A DNA stretch of 64,000 nt from a virus (taxonomy: Duplodnaviria > Caudoviricetes). Where the stretch lies: the IMG/VR virus record IMGVR_UViG_2706795976_000001, positions 1 to 64,000 of that record; one strand, 5' to 3'. The position numbers were made by a program, and so were the translations under genes. The first letter of the stretch is position 1, and every line of letters begins with the position of its first letter. The notes under the pieces were generated by a model that searched no databases, was not told the DNA's origin, and worked only from the letters and a program-made list of their open reading frames with translations. Positions 55,594 through 64,000 of the stretch are shown one piece after another.

Positions 55594-55844
55594 TGGCCAC
55601 CGTCACTGAGTACAGGTGTCTCGAGTGTGGTATGACATGGATCTGGCGGAATACCACGGAGGGGCTGAGAGGATACGATCGAGTGAACAAAGCACACGAC
55701 GACAATGTGCGCCCCACCTACCCATGTCGCGGCAAGAGGAAGTGGGGATGTACCAAGACCTTCTGGGCGCGAGGCTGGAAGTGCGGGGGCTGTCAGACCA
55801 AGTATCACGAATTCTGGGAGGCTCAGCGGGATGGCAAGGCGTGA
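55590..55844 (+). CDS. Small Cys-rich (Zn-finger-like) protein
   Basis: CLECG...C...C...CGGC. Confidence 0.6.
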   Translation: MMATVTEYRCLECGMTWIWRNTTEGLRGYDRVNKAHDDNVRPTYPCRGKRKWGCTKTFWARGWKCGGCQTKYHEFWEAQRDGKA

Positions 55845-57078
55845 CAAAGCATCGGGTGGCATCCGGCAACGAGACGGGAAGTGGATCGCCTCAGTAGAGG
55901 GCAACCCCGACCCGGTCACCGGCAAGCGAAGACGGATACAGCGGTCGGCACCAACCAAGTCGGCAGCGCAGATCGAACTACAAAAGCTGTTCACGATGGT
56001 CCGCACCAGACAGGACCGAATCGTAGCAGGCAATATGAAACTCGGTGACTGGCTTGACCAGTGGCTCGAGGATCGCGAACACCGGATGAGGCCGAGCTCC
56101 ATCCGGCGTTACCGCGTTGACGTGGAGCACATCCAGAACGTGATCGGCAACATCCGACTGGATAAGCTGACCAAGAACCACGTCAAGAGGATGTCTCAGG
56201 AGCTGCAGGCCACACAGTCGGCGGGGGTGGCGCGCTCCTGTCATGAGCTGCTCCACAATGCACTGGCTGACGCTATTCGGGTGGATCTCCTGCAGGACAA
56301 CGTGGCTGGGGAGAAGGGGCCGAACAAGGCTGTAGCCAAGAAGAAGAAGCGAGACCGGCTCTCCGCACAGCAGGCTGCGTGGCTGATCACCTATCATCGG
56401 TCGAATCCGTATGTGTCCCGATGGATCGTCGCGCTCATGACTGGCATGAGGCAGGGCGAGGTGCTCGGACTACGGTGGTCTGACATCGATTTCGACACCG
56501 GCATCATCCACGTGCGTAAGCAGCTCATCCGAGTACCAACCGAGCATGGTTGCGAGACCCCATGCGGGCGTACGAGGTCCGGGGATTGTCCTGATGTGAA
56601 GTACATACTAGGGCCCGACAAGGATGAGTACGAACACCTCGAGGGCACAGCATTCCTGGGGCCAGTGAAGTCTGACGGATCTTTCCGAACCTTCCCGATC
56701 CCGAGGTTTCTACTTCAGGTCCTGCTCGAGTACAGAGAGCAAACGGAGTGGGGCCGCAATCCGCACAACCTGGTGTGGCGGTACCTGTCTGTCGGTGATC
56801 CGATCGCGGCATCCATGGACTACAAGTGGTGGAAGCAGGCCCTAGCCGAGGCGGGGCTTCCGGAGGTGACACTACACTCCGCACGCCAAACGGCCGCAAG
56901 CGTTCTCGTATCCATGGGACTCGAGATCAGTCAGGTGCAGCGAATCCTTGGACACAGCAACATCTCCATGACCGAGGTCTACTCAGACGTGGACATCGAA
57001 GCCATCCGCGAGAGCATGAACCGGTTCGGCGTCACGCTGGAGGCGGGTGTGGAGGATCCTCCTCAGCTTGAGCAATAG
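55831..57078 (+). CDS. int: Tyrosine integrase
   Basis: N-terminal arm-binding-like G.IRQRDGKW...DPVTGKRR; catalytic R (GMRQGE), K, HSAR, LGHS and Y (TEVY). Confidence 0.95.
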   Translation: MARRDKASGGIRQRDGKWIASVEGNPDPVTGKRRRIQRSAPTKSAAQIELQKLFTMVRTRQDRIVAGNMKLGDWLDQWLEDREHRMRPSSIRRYRVDVEHIQNVIGNIRLDKLTKNHVKRMSQELQATQSAGVARSCHELLHNALADAIRVDLLQDNVAGEKGPNKAVAKKKKRDRLSAQQAAWLITYHRSNPYVSRWIVALMTGMRQGEVLGLRWSDIDFDTGIIHVRKQLIRVPTEHGCETPCGRTRSGDCPDVKYILGPDKDEYEHLEGTAFLGPVKSDGSFRTFPIPRFLLQVLLEYREQTEWGRNPHNLVWRYLSVGDPIAASMDYKWWKQALAEAGLPEVTLHSARQTAASVLVSMGLEISQVQRILGHSNISMTEVYSDVDIEAIRESMNRFGVTLEAGVEDPPQLEQ

Positions 57079-57367
57079 CGGGCCACTCGCCGAAGTAGTC
57101 CGCCCAGATCTCCTCCCACTCATTGACGGTGGTCTTTATCTGAACCCAGGCATCACCCATCTTCTTCTGCATCTTCACCTGCTCCGCCCGGGAGAGATAC
57201 AGCACGGGCCCCTCCGCCCACGCACCGGGGCAATCCCCCTGCTTGGGCAGTCCGTGCCAGGCGTTCCTACATCCACGTGGGCACCACTCAGCCTGAGTCC
57301 GGCCTTCGCCGCCGCGCATCAACTCATCGATCGTGGCATCCAGCTCAGCGAAATCGGTAATTGTCAC
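57032..57367 (-). CDS. Hypothetical protein, the only minus-strand gene in the right arm
   Basis: GAGGGGG SD; [16 protein letters not shown] motif; fills the gap after int. Confidence 0.6.
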   Translation of the reverse strand: MTITDFAELDATIDELMRGGEGRTQAEWCPRGCRNAWHGLPKQGDCPGAWAEGPVLYLSRAEQVKMQKKMGDAWVQIKTTVNEWEEIWADYFGEWPAIAQAEEDPPHPPPA

Positions 57368-57414
57368 ACCCCCTCGATAGACTTACAACAACACATACAG
57401 AGAGGCTACACCCA

Positions 57415-57681
57415 ATGAGCAAGCAAGCCAAGTCCGCTAAGCCACCGAAGATTCGAGTGGGTGATCAGGTTCTGATCGGCCGATACGGATTCTACTGGAC
57501 CGTCACCGGATTCACTCTGGGGATGAACCCTCGAGTCACCATCACCCGACCCGCGCGCTTCGATCAGGCGCACATCGGCAACGTCTACCCGAGCACGTGG
57601 GGTGATGAGGACTTCCGGCGCAAGGGGTACGGCAGCGTCACCACCAAGGTTGCGAAGTCTCTTGTGCAGGTGCAGGCATGA
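57415..57681 (+). CDS. Hypothetical protein
   Basis: AGAGG SD; ATGA overlap with the next gene. Confidence 0.65.
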   Translation: MSKQAKSAKPPKIRVGDQVLIGRYGFYWTVTGFTLGMNPRVTITRPARFDQAHIGNVYPSTWGDEDFRRKGYGSVTTKVAKSLVQVQA

Positions 57682-58697
57682 CCGACATCAATGACCTCCT
57701 CGTCCCCGGGTATGAGATCAACGGCCGTGCAGTGGTGCTGGGTAAGTACAAGGCCGGTTCGGCGGAGTGGCATGCTGCACGCGCGAACCGACTCGGCGGG
57801 TCTGAGGCTGCGGTGGCTTGCGGTCTCTCACCGTGGGAGTCACGCTTCTCCCTGTTCTACCGCAAGAAGGGTAAGCTCGACGACATCGAGATCACCCCGG
57901 CCATCGAGTGGGGCAACCGACTTGAGTCAGTGGTCTACGACAAGTACTCCGAGAGCCTGGGCCCGGGCGAGGTCATCACCACCGGCCACACCTACCGATC
58001 GCTGGTCCCCGGCTACGGCTGGGTGAACGCGAACCCTGATGGCGTGGTGTGGAAACGAGACGAGTTCGGTGAGTGGCAGCCGATCCGCATCCTCGAGATC
58101 AAGACCAGCGCCCGAGGTGAGGGGTTCGGCACACAGGAGTCCGGCGTCATCCCTATCTACTACCGGATCCAGGTTCTGTACTACGCCTGGTGTTTCGGCA
58201 TCGGCAACATCGAGCTCGCTGCACTGATCAGTGGTGTCGACTACCGGGTGTATAAGGTGGACTACGACTCCGCCGACGTGGACTACATCCTAAAGCAGTG
58301 CCAGGACTTCATCCACAAGCTCGAGAACGACATCAAGCCGGACCTGAGCACCGACACCGCAACGTACGAGGCGGTGCGCCAGCTGAACCCGGAGCTCGAT
58401 CCCGACATGTCGTGGGAGCTCGAGGAGGACCTGGCGGTGAAGTACCTCGCGATCGAGGAAGCCTACCGGAGGCTCAAGGTGCTGCGCGATGGAGTGCACG
58501 CTCAGGTCATCGACGAGGTGGCTCCTGCGCGGCTGGTGAAGTTCAACGATCGCATCATCGCTCGTCGACAGATGCCCGGCCGAGGAGACAACCCATACCT
58601 GCGCTACGTGGCCCCGGCTCCCGACTACGGAACCAGCGTCATCGCCTACGCCAGAGCACACGGCCTCCTGGTTGACTACGACACCTCAGACGTATAG
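57678..58697 (+). CDS. RecE-like (YqaJ / lambda-exo family) exonuclease
   Basis: W..AR..RLGGSE, GLSPWES, EWGNRLE, ANPDG, LEIKT, YYRIQV. Confidence 0.9.
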   Translation: MTDINDLLVPGYEINGRAVVLGKYKAGSAEWHAARANRLGGSEAAVACGLSPWESRFSLFYRKKGKLDDIEITPAIEWGNRLESVVYDKYSESLGPGEVITTGHTYRSLVPGYGWVNANPDGVVWKRDEFGEWQPIRILEIKTSARGEGFGTQESGVIPIYYRIQVLYYAWCFGIGNIELAALISGVDYRVYKVDYDSADVDYILKQCQDFIHKLENDIKPDLSTDTATYEAVRQLNPELDPDMSWELEEDLAVKYLAIEEAYRRLKVLRDGVHAQVIDEVAPARLVKFNDRIIARRQMPGRGDNPYLRYVAPAPDYGTSVIAYARAHGLLVDYDTSDV

Positions 58698-58737
58698 CCT
58701 GATACGTGTACGCATCAAAACCAACCAAAGGAGCGCT

Positions 58738-59247
58738 ATGAGAGACATCCAAGACGCGCCAATGATCCTCGAGGTCGGCGATCACATCAACCCCGTCGAA
58801 AAAGGCTTGGGCTGCATCATGGAGATGGTGTCGTGGCTCAACGGTGACGAGGTGGTCACCGACAAACCCAACTGTGTCGAGGAACAGGTCGCAATGTTCA
58901 TGTGGAACATCAACGACAAGGGGCTCCTCAAGTACGGCATCCCGGCGCGGGGTGGCGACGGAAGTCCTCGATCCTATCGCGCGGCCGATGCACACCAAGT
59001 CGCGGAGCTCACCCGCCTGGGTCTGAAGGTGATGGGCAAATCCGGTCCGTACACAGTATCCGATGGGATCAAACTCTATCACCACATCTCGGCCACGGCA
59101 CGGACGATCGTCAAAACCAGCAAGACCTTCGACGAGATGATTGCGCTGGCCGACAGGTACCTCGACAACATTCTGATCGACTACAGCCCGCACGGAGAAG
59201 AGGTCCGAGAGCCGCGCAGCGGTCAACTAGAAGGGGAGAAGGTATGA
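58738..59247 (+). CDS. Hypothetical protein
   Basis: AAGGAG SD; GDH.NP...GCIME..SWL.G....D.P.CV....ND motif. Confidence 0.7.
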   Translation: MRDIQDAPMILEVGDHINPVEKGLGCIMEMVSWLNGDEVVTDKPNCVEEQVAMFMWNINDKGLLKYGIPARGGDGSPRSYRAADAHQVAELTRLGLKVMGKSGPYTVSDGIKLYHHISATARTIVKTSKTFDEMIALADRYLDNILIDYSPHGEEVREPRSGQLEGEKV

Positions 59248-59708
59248 CCAGCAACAAGAACGAAGCCTCAGAACTGATCGGGCCCGCACTCAGCTTCATC
59301 GCAGGGATGGCGACCGGCGTGCTCGAGGATCTGCTCACGACGAAGGCCGAGACCCCTGACGAGACCCCCAGGGAGACGTCTGATGATGTGCGGCGGCTCG
59401 AGGGCCAGATCGCGGAGCTGAAGACGATCAACGAAAGGCAGTACCAGTCGATTGGGACACTGTCTAAGATCGTCGGACTGGATCCGGATTCCACCCTCGA
59501 GGATCTCGAAAACATAGTTCGAGCAATCGTTCGAAACGCCACCCGACCATCGGCACCCGGTTCGGTAGACCCAGAGATCCTCGCGCAGATGATCTTCGAC
59601 GAGGTGACCCCGGACTACATCTCCTGGCAGCGCATCTCCGCCGAGGGACAGGACCTCTACCGTGAGGCCGCGCGCAAGGTCCAGAACTACATCCGGGCGG
59701 AGCGCTGA
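59244..59708 (+). CDS. Hypothetical coiled-coil protein
   Basis: ATGA overlap. Confidence 0.65.
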   Translation: MTSNKNEASELIGPALSFIAGMATGVLEDLLTTKAETPDETPRETSDDVRRLEGQIAELKTINERQYQSIGTLSKIVGLDPDSTLEDLENIVRAIVRNATRPSAPGSVDPEILAQMIFDEVTPDYISWQRISAEGQDLYREAARKVQNYIRAER

Positions 59709-60010
59709 TGAGCCACCCGGACAAGTATGGCATCACGGCCGAGGAGTACGAAGCGGCGGCCGAGATGCTGGTGAAGATCGCCATGGGCAGACACCCTCAT
59801 GACACCTCCCCAGCGGCCATTGGGTGGAATCCAATGGAGCTGCAGTCGTATGGCCGGGCAGCCAAATCCCGAAGCGCAGCCGCCGACAAGCTGATCGACG
59901 CCGTGACCGCCTCCCTCGCCATGTCCGAGTCGCAAGAACCGTGCGAGCTTTATCGCCGCCACGCCTTGTCCCTATACGAGGCGGGGCTGCTGAAGGATCC
60001 CGAGAAATGA
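59708..60010 (+). CDS. Hypothetical protein
   Basis: Tiles the operon. Confidence 0.6.
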   Translation: MSHPDKYGITAEEYEAAAEMLVKIAMGRHPHDTSPAAIGWNPMELQSYGRAAKSRSAAADKLIDAVTASLAMSESQEPCELYRRHALSLYEAGLLKDPEK

Positions 60011-60357
60011 CGTTCAGTCAGCTCGAATACGTACGCCTGCAGGACAATCTGGAAGACGACAAGAGGATAGCCCGGCGATTCCGGGTGGCATTCATCGCGC
60101 TCGTCCTCTTGTCGGTTGGTTTGTGGTTCCTGACGGGGTACGGAATCTACACCAACGTGAATGACCTCATCCGACAGGAAGACTCCGAAGGGATGACTAC
60201 CACGGGCGCTCTGTTCGGCTTCATGGCCACCTTCGGAGCCGCAGGCGTGTGGACCGAACTGAACAAGAGGAACGAGCAAGTGCGGCGGCGCAACCGGAGA
60301 ATCCGAGACTACCTGATCGAGAACCCACGTCCGGACAAGGAGAAGGAATACCTGTGA
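60007..60357 (+). CDS. Membrane protein (2 TM)
   Basis: Two hydrophobic segments; ATGA overlap. Confidence 0.65.
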   Translation: MTFSQLEYVRLQDNLEDDKRIARRFRVAFIALVLLSVGLWFLTGYGIYTNVNDLIRQEDSEGMTTTGALFGFMATFGAAGVWTELNKRNEQVRRRNRRIRDYLIENPRPDKEKEYL

Positions 60358-60623
60358 AAGAGATCTGGCCTCCGGACGGGATGGATCCTGCGTGCTGGGA
60401 CATCCTCATCGGTGCACAGTGGCGATGGAAGAAGCTGGATGATCCAGACCAGTTCGAGTTGATCGTGCACGAAGACGGCAGCGGAGTTTCATTCAACTCG
60501 GGCACTGGGTGGACCAGTCAGCACACAGGAGTCCTCAGCTATGAACAGCTGAAGTGGCTGTCGGACAAGTGGTTCGACATCTTCTATGCCATAGAGAAGT
60601 ATCGAGCCAGGGAGGGCAAGTGA
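60354..60623 (+). CDS. Hypothetical protein
   Basis: GTGA overlap. Confidence 0.55.
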   Translation: MKEIWPPDGMDPACWDILIGAQWRWKKLDDPDQFELIVHEDGSGVSFNSGTGWTSQHTGVLSYEQLKWLSDKWFDIFYAIEKYRAREGK

Positions 60624-60862
60624 CCCAGAAGCCAGACCTCGATCGCGACATCGAGGAGATCAAGAAGGACCTCGTCGAGCTGTACGGTAAGTACCGATTC
60701 ATCGTCGAGGTGGGTGCGGAAGAGGGTGCCTACTGCGAGGGGTGGGCGGATGGTTGGAACGGTGCATACCACCGCATCATCAAGTTCATCAAAGATCGGG
60801 GCGCGCCGTCGTTGATGGCCGTGCTCGAGGACATTGAGCGGCGGGAAGCCGCGCTCGAATGA
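60620..60862 (+). CDS. Hypothetical protein
   Basis: GTGA overlap. Confidence 0.55.
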   Translation: MTQKPDLDRDIEEIKKDLVELYGKYRFIVEVGAEEGAYCEGWADGWNGAYHRIIKFIKDRGAPSLMAVLEDIERREAALE

Positions 60863-61143
60863 CCGCAACAGACCTCGAGACAGTCTCCGTTACCGAGCTC
60901 GAGGAGATGGTCAACAACCAACTCCAATGCGAGGTCCGGCACTACATAGGAGACTATGGATACACGCAGTGCGAGCAACCGGCCGCGTGGTCTGTCACCA
61001 AGAGCTGCTGCAGGAAACGGGTCTACCTATGCAACAACGACTATCAGTACGTGAGCTACAGCGATGGCTCATTTGACTGCCTGCGTTGTGATATTTCGCA
61101 CGATCCAGCTCGACGAATCATCGCCTCATCCAGAAAGATATAG
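60859..61143 (+). CDS. Cys-rich hypothetical protein
   Basis: Multiple Cys; ATGA overlap. Confidence 0.6.
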   Translation: MTATDLETVSVTELEEMVNNQLQCEVRHYIGDYGYTQCEQPAAWSVTKSCCRKRVYLCNNDYQYVSYSDGSFDCLRCDISHDPARRIIASSRKI

Positions 61144-61146
61144 GAC

Positions 61147-61839
61147 ATGTCAGAAATCCAGCAGCAGGCCGAAGCTCAAACCCAGGCGCACCCCACCGCA
61201 GTGCTCGACGACTACCGTGGCGCTATCGCATCGGTGGCACCTCCGGGGACGAACATCGACCTGTTCATCCGTATGACCAAGTCCAACGTCAACCGCAGCG
61301 ACGAGATTGTGGCAGCGGTGAAGCGAAACCCTGGGCTGTTCATGCAGGCCGTGATGGACTCCGCCGCACTGGGTCACATCCCCGGTAGCGAGTACTACTA
61401 CCTCACCCCACGTCGAGACGGCATCAGTGGCATCGAGTCGTGGAAGGGTGTGGCCAAGCGCATCTTCAACACCGGCCGGTACCAGCGCATTGTCTGTGAG
61501 GTCGTGTACGAGGGTGAGCAGTGGGAGTTCCAGCCCGGTGAGGACCTCAAGCCCAAGCATGTGATCGACTGGGACGCACGTCAAGTCGGCAGCAAGGTGC
61601 GATTCACCTACGCCTACGCCGTGGACTTCGAAGGCAACCCATCCACCGTGGCAGTGTGCACCAAGCTCGACCTGGACAAGGCGCAGAAGCAGTCCCGTGG
61701 CAAGGTCTGGGATCAATGGTACGAGCAGATGGCGAAGAAGACTGCCATCAAGCGGCTCGAGGACTTCGTGGACACCAGCGCAGTGGACTTGCGCGCGGAT
61801 GGGTCCAGCCGACGTCACTCCGCTGAGGTCGCTGAGTAA
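61147..61839 (+). CDS. recT: RecT-like ssDNA annealing protein
   Basis: AALGH.PG...YYLTP, VYEGEQWE, W..WYEQMAKKTAIKRL. Confidence 0.88.
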   Translation: MSEIQQQAEAQTQAHPTAVLDDYRGAIASVAPPGTNIDLFIRMTKSNVNRSDEIVAAVKRNPGLFMQAVMDSAALGHIPGSEYYYLTPRRDGISGIESWKGVAKRIFNTGRYQRIVCEVVYEGEQWEFQPGEDLKPKHVIDWDARQVGSKVRFTYAYAVDFEGNPSTVAVCTKLDLDKAQKQSRGKVWDQWYEQMAKKTAIKRLEDFVDTSAVDLRADGSSRRHSAEVAE

Positions 61840-61841
61840 CC

Positions 61842-62078
61842 ATGGCCACCTTCTTGCGGTGGCCGTCGAACGTCCCCTACCTGTGGAATGACGGCCCCCG
61901 ACAAGGCATCCCATTCGAGTGGCTCGTAGGATTCGAGACCATCTCCGAGCTCTCGGTCGGTCAGGTCATCGAATGCCGGGAGCGTTTGGCAAAGGTCAAG
62001 GGAACGATTACCATCAGTCTAGTTGACTACACCGGGGGCGTGTTCTCCGGTGACGTGAGATGGGAGTTCAAGACGTGA
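61842..62078 (+). CDS. Hypothetical protein
   Basis: Tiles the operon. Confidence 0.5.
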   Translation: MATFLRWPSNVPYLWNDGPRQGIPFEWLVGFETISELSVGQVIECRERLAKVKGTITISLVDYTGGVFSGDVRWEFKT

Positions 62079-62365
62079 CCACCGCTGCAGACATCGAATG
62101 GGATGCGGTGAGGCTGTTCAACAGCATCCCGCGCGAGAAGAAGTACCACCCCGTGTGGAGCAAGGCCCCCGAGGAGTACCGCGCCAGCTTCCGTGAGCTG
62201 GTTGAGGATGCTGATGTGCTCAATGAGCATTACAGGCTACCCCAAGGCGACATGTCGGGGTCTGCATACCCAAACGGATTTTGCAAATGCGGCAGCCCGC
62301 TAGAGAAATGCAAGATACGAAAGTTCCTACTAACGCCCCCAAAAGGAGTGCGTCCCAGTGAATAA
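62075..62365 (+). CDS. Hypothetical protein
   Basis: GTGA overlap; CKCG...C. Confidence 0.55.
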   Translation: MTTAADIEWDAVRLFNSIPREKKYHPVWSKAPEEYRASFRELVEDADVLNEHYRLPQGDMSGSAYPNGFCKCGSPLEKCKIRKFLLTPPKGVRPSE

Positions 62366-62561
62366 CACAGACGAGATCGCCGTCAGCATCAAGCGCGCGG
62401 CCGAGCTCCTAGGCGTCAGCCAGTCCCACATCCGGGACGAGATCCGAGCGGGCAGGATCGTGGCACGACGCATCGGCACCAAGATGATTCGCATCAAGGT
62501 GTCCGAACTCGAGCAGTATATCGACGCCCGCCCCCTAGTAGGAGATGAGGAGGACCTATGA
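62358..62561 (+). CDS. Excisionase-like HTH DNA-binding protein (HTH_17)
   Basis: SIKRAAELLGVSQSHIRDEIRAGRIVARRIG..IRI...ELEQYI. Confidence 0.85.
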   Translation: MNNTDEIAVSIKRAAELLGVSQSHIRDEIRAGRIVARRIGTKMIRIKVSELEQYIDARPLVGDEEDL

Positions 62562-63304
62562 GCGTGAAGTTTGTATTGCCCAGCGTGGAAGTGGCTGGCA
62601 TAACCCACCCCTCCGATCATGTCTTGGATGCACTGGATTGGTTCCGGGATGAGAACAGCGGGGATTGGGATGACTTGGAGCAGGCACTGCCAGAGTACGG
62701 CGGGCGGATGTGCTACCAGTCGTGGGACCGGCCTAACCCGGCCACCGCTACCAATAGCGGGTACCTGCACAACATTCAGAAGCAGAGTCACTACAGCGTC
62801 CTCGAGCACACCTCAGTCAGCTTCGCGATCGAAGGCGTGTCCCGCACACTGAGTCATGAGTTCGTGCGGCACAGGCACTTCAGCTACTCACAGCTGTCAC
62901 AGCGCTACGTGGACTCGAGTGATGTGGCATTCGTGCTACCCCCGGCGTTCGAGGGTGATGAGCTCGCCGAGAGGATGTTTGAGATAGATGCCGAACACTC
63001 GCTGCGGGCCTACGAGTTCTACCAGAATCACCAGATGGCCAAGGGTTTGACCAAGAAGCAGGCCCGAGAGAGTGCGCGCGCTGCACTGCTCAACGCGGCC
63101 GAGACCAAGTTTCTAGTGAGTGGAAACCTGCGGGCGTGGATGGAATTCCTTGTCAAGCGCGACAATCCGGCGGCGGATGCTGAGATCCAAAGGCTGGCAA
63201 GGATGATCTCGGATGAGCTGGCCTACATCGCACCGGCAGTGTTCAGTGAGGAGTCCCGAAAGACTTGGGACACATCGTATGCGCAGAGGGTGGCCCGGCA
63301 GTGA
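62558..63304 (+). CDS. thyX: Flavin-dependent thymidylate synthase
   Basis: GRMCYQS, HYSVLEH, SRTLSHEFVRHRHFSYSQLSQRYV, QARESAR, NLRAW, A.AEI. Confidence 0.97.
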   Translation: MSVKFVLPSVEVAGITHPSDHVLDALDWFRDENSGDWDDLEQALPEYGGRMCYQSWDRPNPATATNSGYLHNIQKQSHYSVLEHTSVSFAIEGVSRTLSHEFVRHRHFSYSQLSQRYVDSSDVAFVLPPAFEGDELAERMFEIDAEHSLRAYEFYQNHQMAKGLTKKQARESARAALLNAAETKFLVSGNLRAWMEFLVKRDNPAADAEIQRLARMISDELAYIAPAVFSEESRKTWDTSYAQRVARQ

Positions 63305-63534
63305 TCACTGTACCCATCTACGTCAACTCGAGAACCATTGGGCAGCTGTACATCACTCGGATCACCAACGTCGATGAGGTTGGTGACGATGACCAGGTAA
63401 GCACCTACCAGGTTGAGCTGTGGACCGCCGAGGAGAAGGCTACCTTCAACCTCGACCACCGATACGGCGACGGCGCTTGGCTATTGATCTCCAAGGCGCT
63501 GGCAGAGTACCATAAGATCCGTGGAGAATCATAA
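63301..63534 (+). CDS. Hypothetical protein
   Basis: GTGA overlap; HRYGDGAW.L..KAL. Confidence 0.65.
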   Translation: MITVPIYVNSRTIGQLYITRITNVDEVGDDDQVSTYQVELWTAEEKATFNLDHRYGDGAWLLISKALAEYHKIRGES

Positions 63535-64000
63535 CCGAAGCTGCGCCTGGGCCACCCTATTCGAGGTGTGCGACGAGGTCCCCACCCACGAGATCGACTT
63601 CAAGTGGTGGGGGCCTCGTTTGTATTGTCAGGCGCACTGTGATGAGATGCTGGGAGATGGGAAGAGTAAGACCGTGAAGAGAGTGAGAGAGCTATGAGTG
63701 GACGACAGCAGACGGCGCACGAGGCGGTACGTCAGGGCCGGTGGAGGACGCTGCGCGAGGACAGTGGGTGGGAGACTTACGCAGAGGCCGACTCGGCGAT
63801 GAACCTCAATCCCGGAGCCTGGGAGATCCTGGAGAACCAGACCGGTTGGAAGGTGCCACTCAACCAGCTGCAGGCTGCACGAGACATCGAGAAGGCTCTG
63901 AACCTAGTGCCCGACTGGTTGCAGGGGTACAGCCAGTTCAGCAAGGTGGTGAAGCCTGGATCTACCCGACGCGGCCGCGCGTCAGGACGAACGTATGTCG

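Overview
This window looks like the left ~64 kb of a high-GC, temperate siphovirus infecting Actinobacteria. A Gordonia/Rhodococcus/Mycobacteriales-type host is inferred from the split lysin A and the lysis cassette embedded among tail genes; I cannot name the phage. Layout: (1) a probable physical genome end at position 1 and a leftward operon of about 12 small genes (103-3290). (2) A rightward block with an HNH nuclease, a Pol-beta-type nucleotidyltransferase-like gene and two paralogous hypotheticals (3330-5679). (3) A promoter-driven 1.7-kb RNA cluster (5684-7394) with 8 tRNAs (Phe, Asn, Trp, Lys, Asp, Tyr, Ser-CGA, Ser-GCT), preceded by and interleaved with at least a dozen non-tRNA structured modules. 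(4) Two GT2 glycosyltransferases. (5) The virion operon: terminase, portal, MuF-like protein, scaffold, capsid, neck, tail, -1 frameshifted chaperone, 2765-aa tape measure protein, minor tail proteins, split lysin A, holins and a terminal secreted S1 protease-like gene. (6) A right arm with exonuclease VII (xseA/xseB), RtcB, a 2OG-Fe(II) oxygenase-like gene, a metallophosphoesterase, freestanding HNH endonucleases, a candidate attP, three tandem paralogs, a tyrosine integrase, RecE/RecT, an excisionase-like HTH and ThyX. The best candidate for an undescribed system is the array of non-tRNA structured RNAs in the tRNA operon. It includes two T-arm-bearing tRNA mimics and several stems ending in CCA, lies next to a nucleotidyltransferase, and sits in a genome that also encodes RtcB. 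All RNA structures were folded by eye and no database searches were run.
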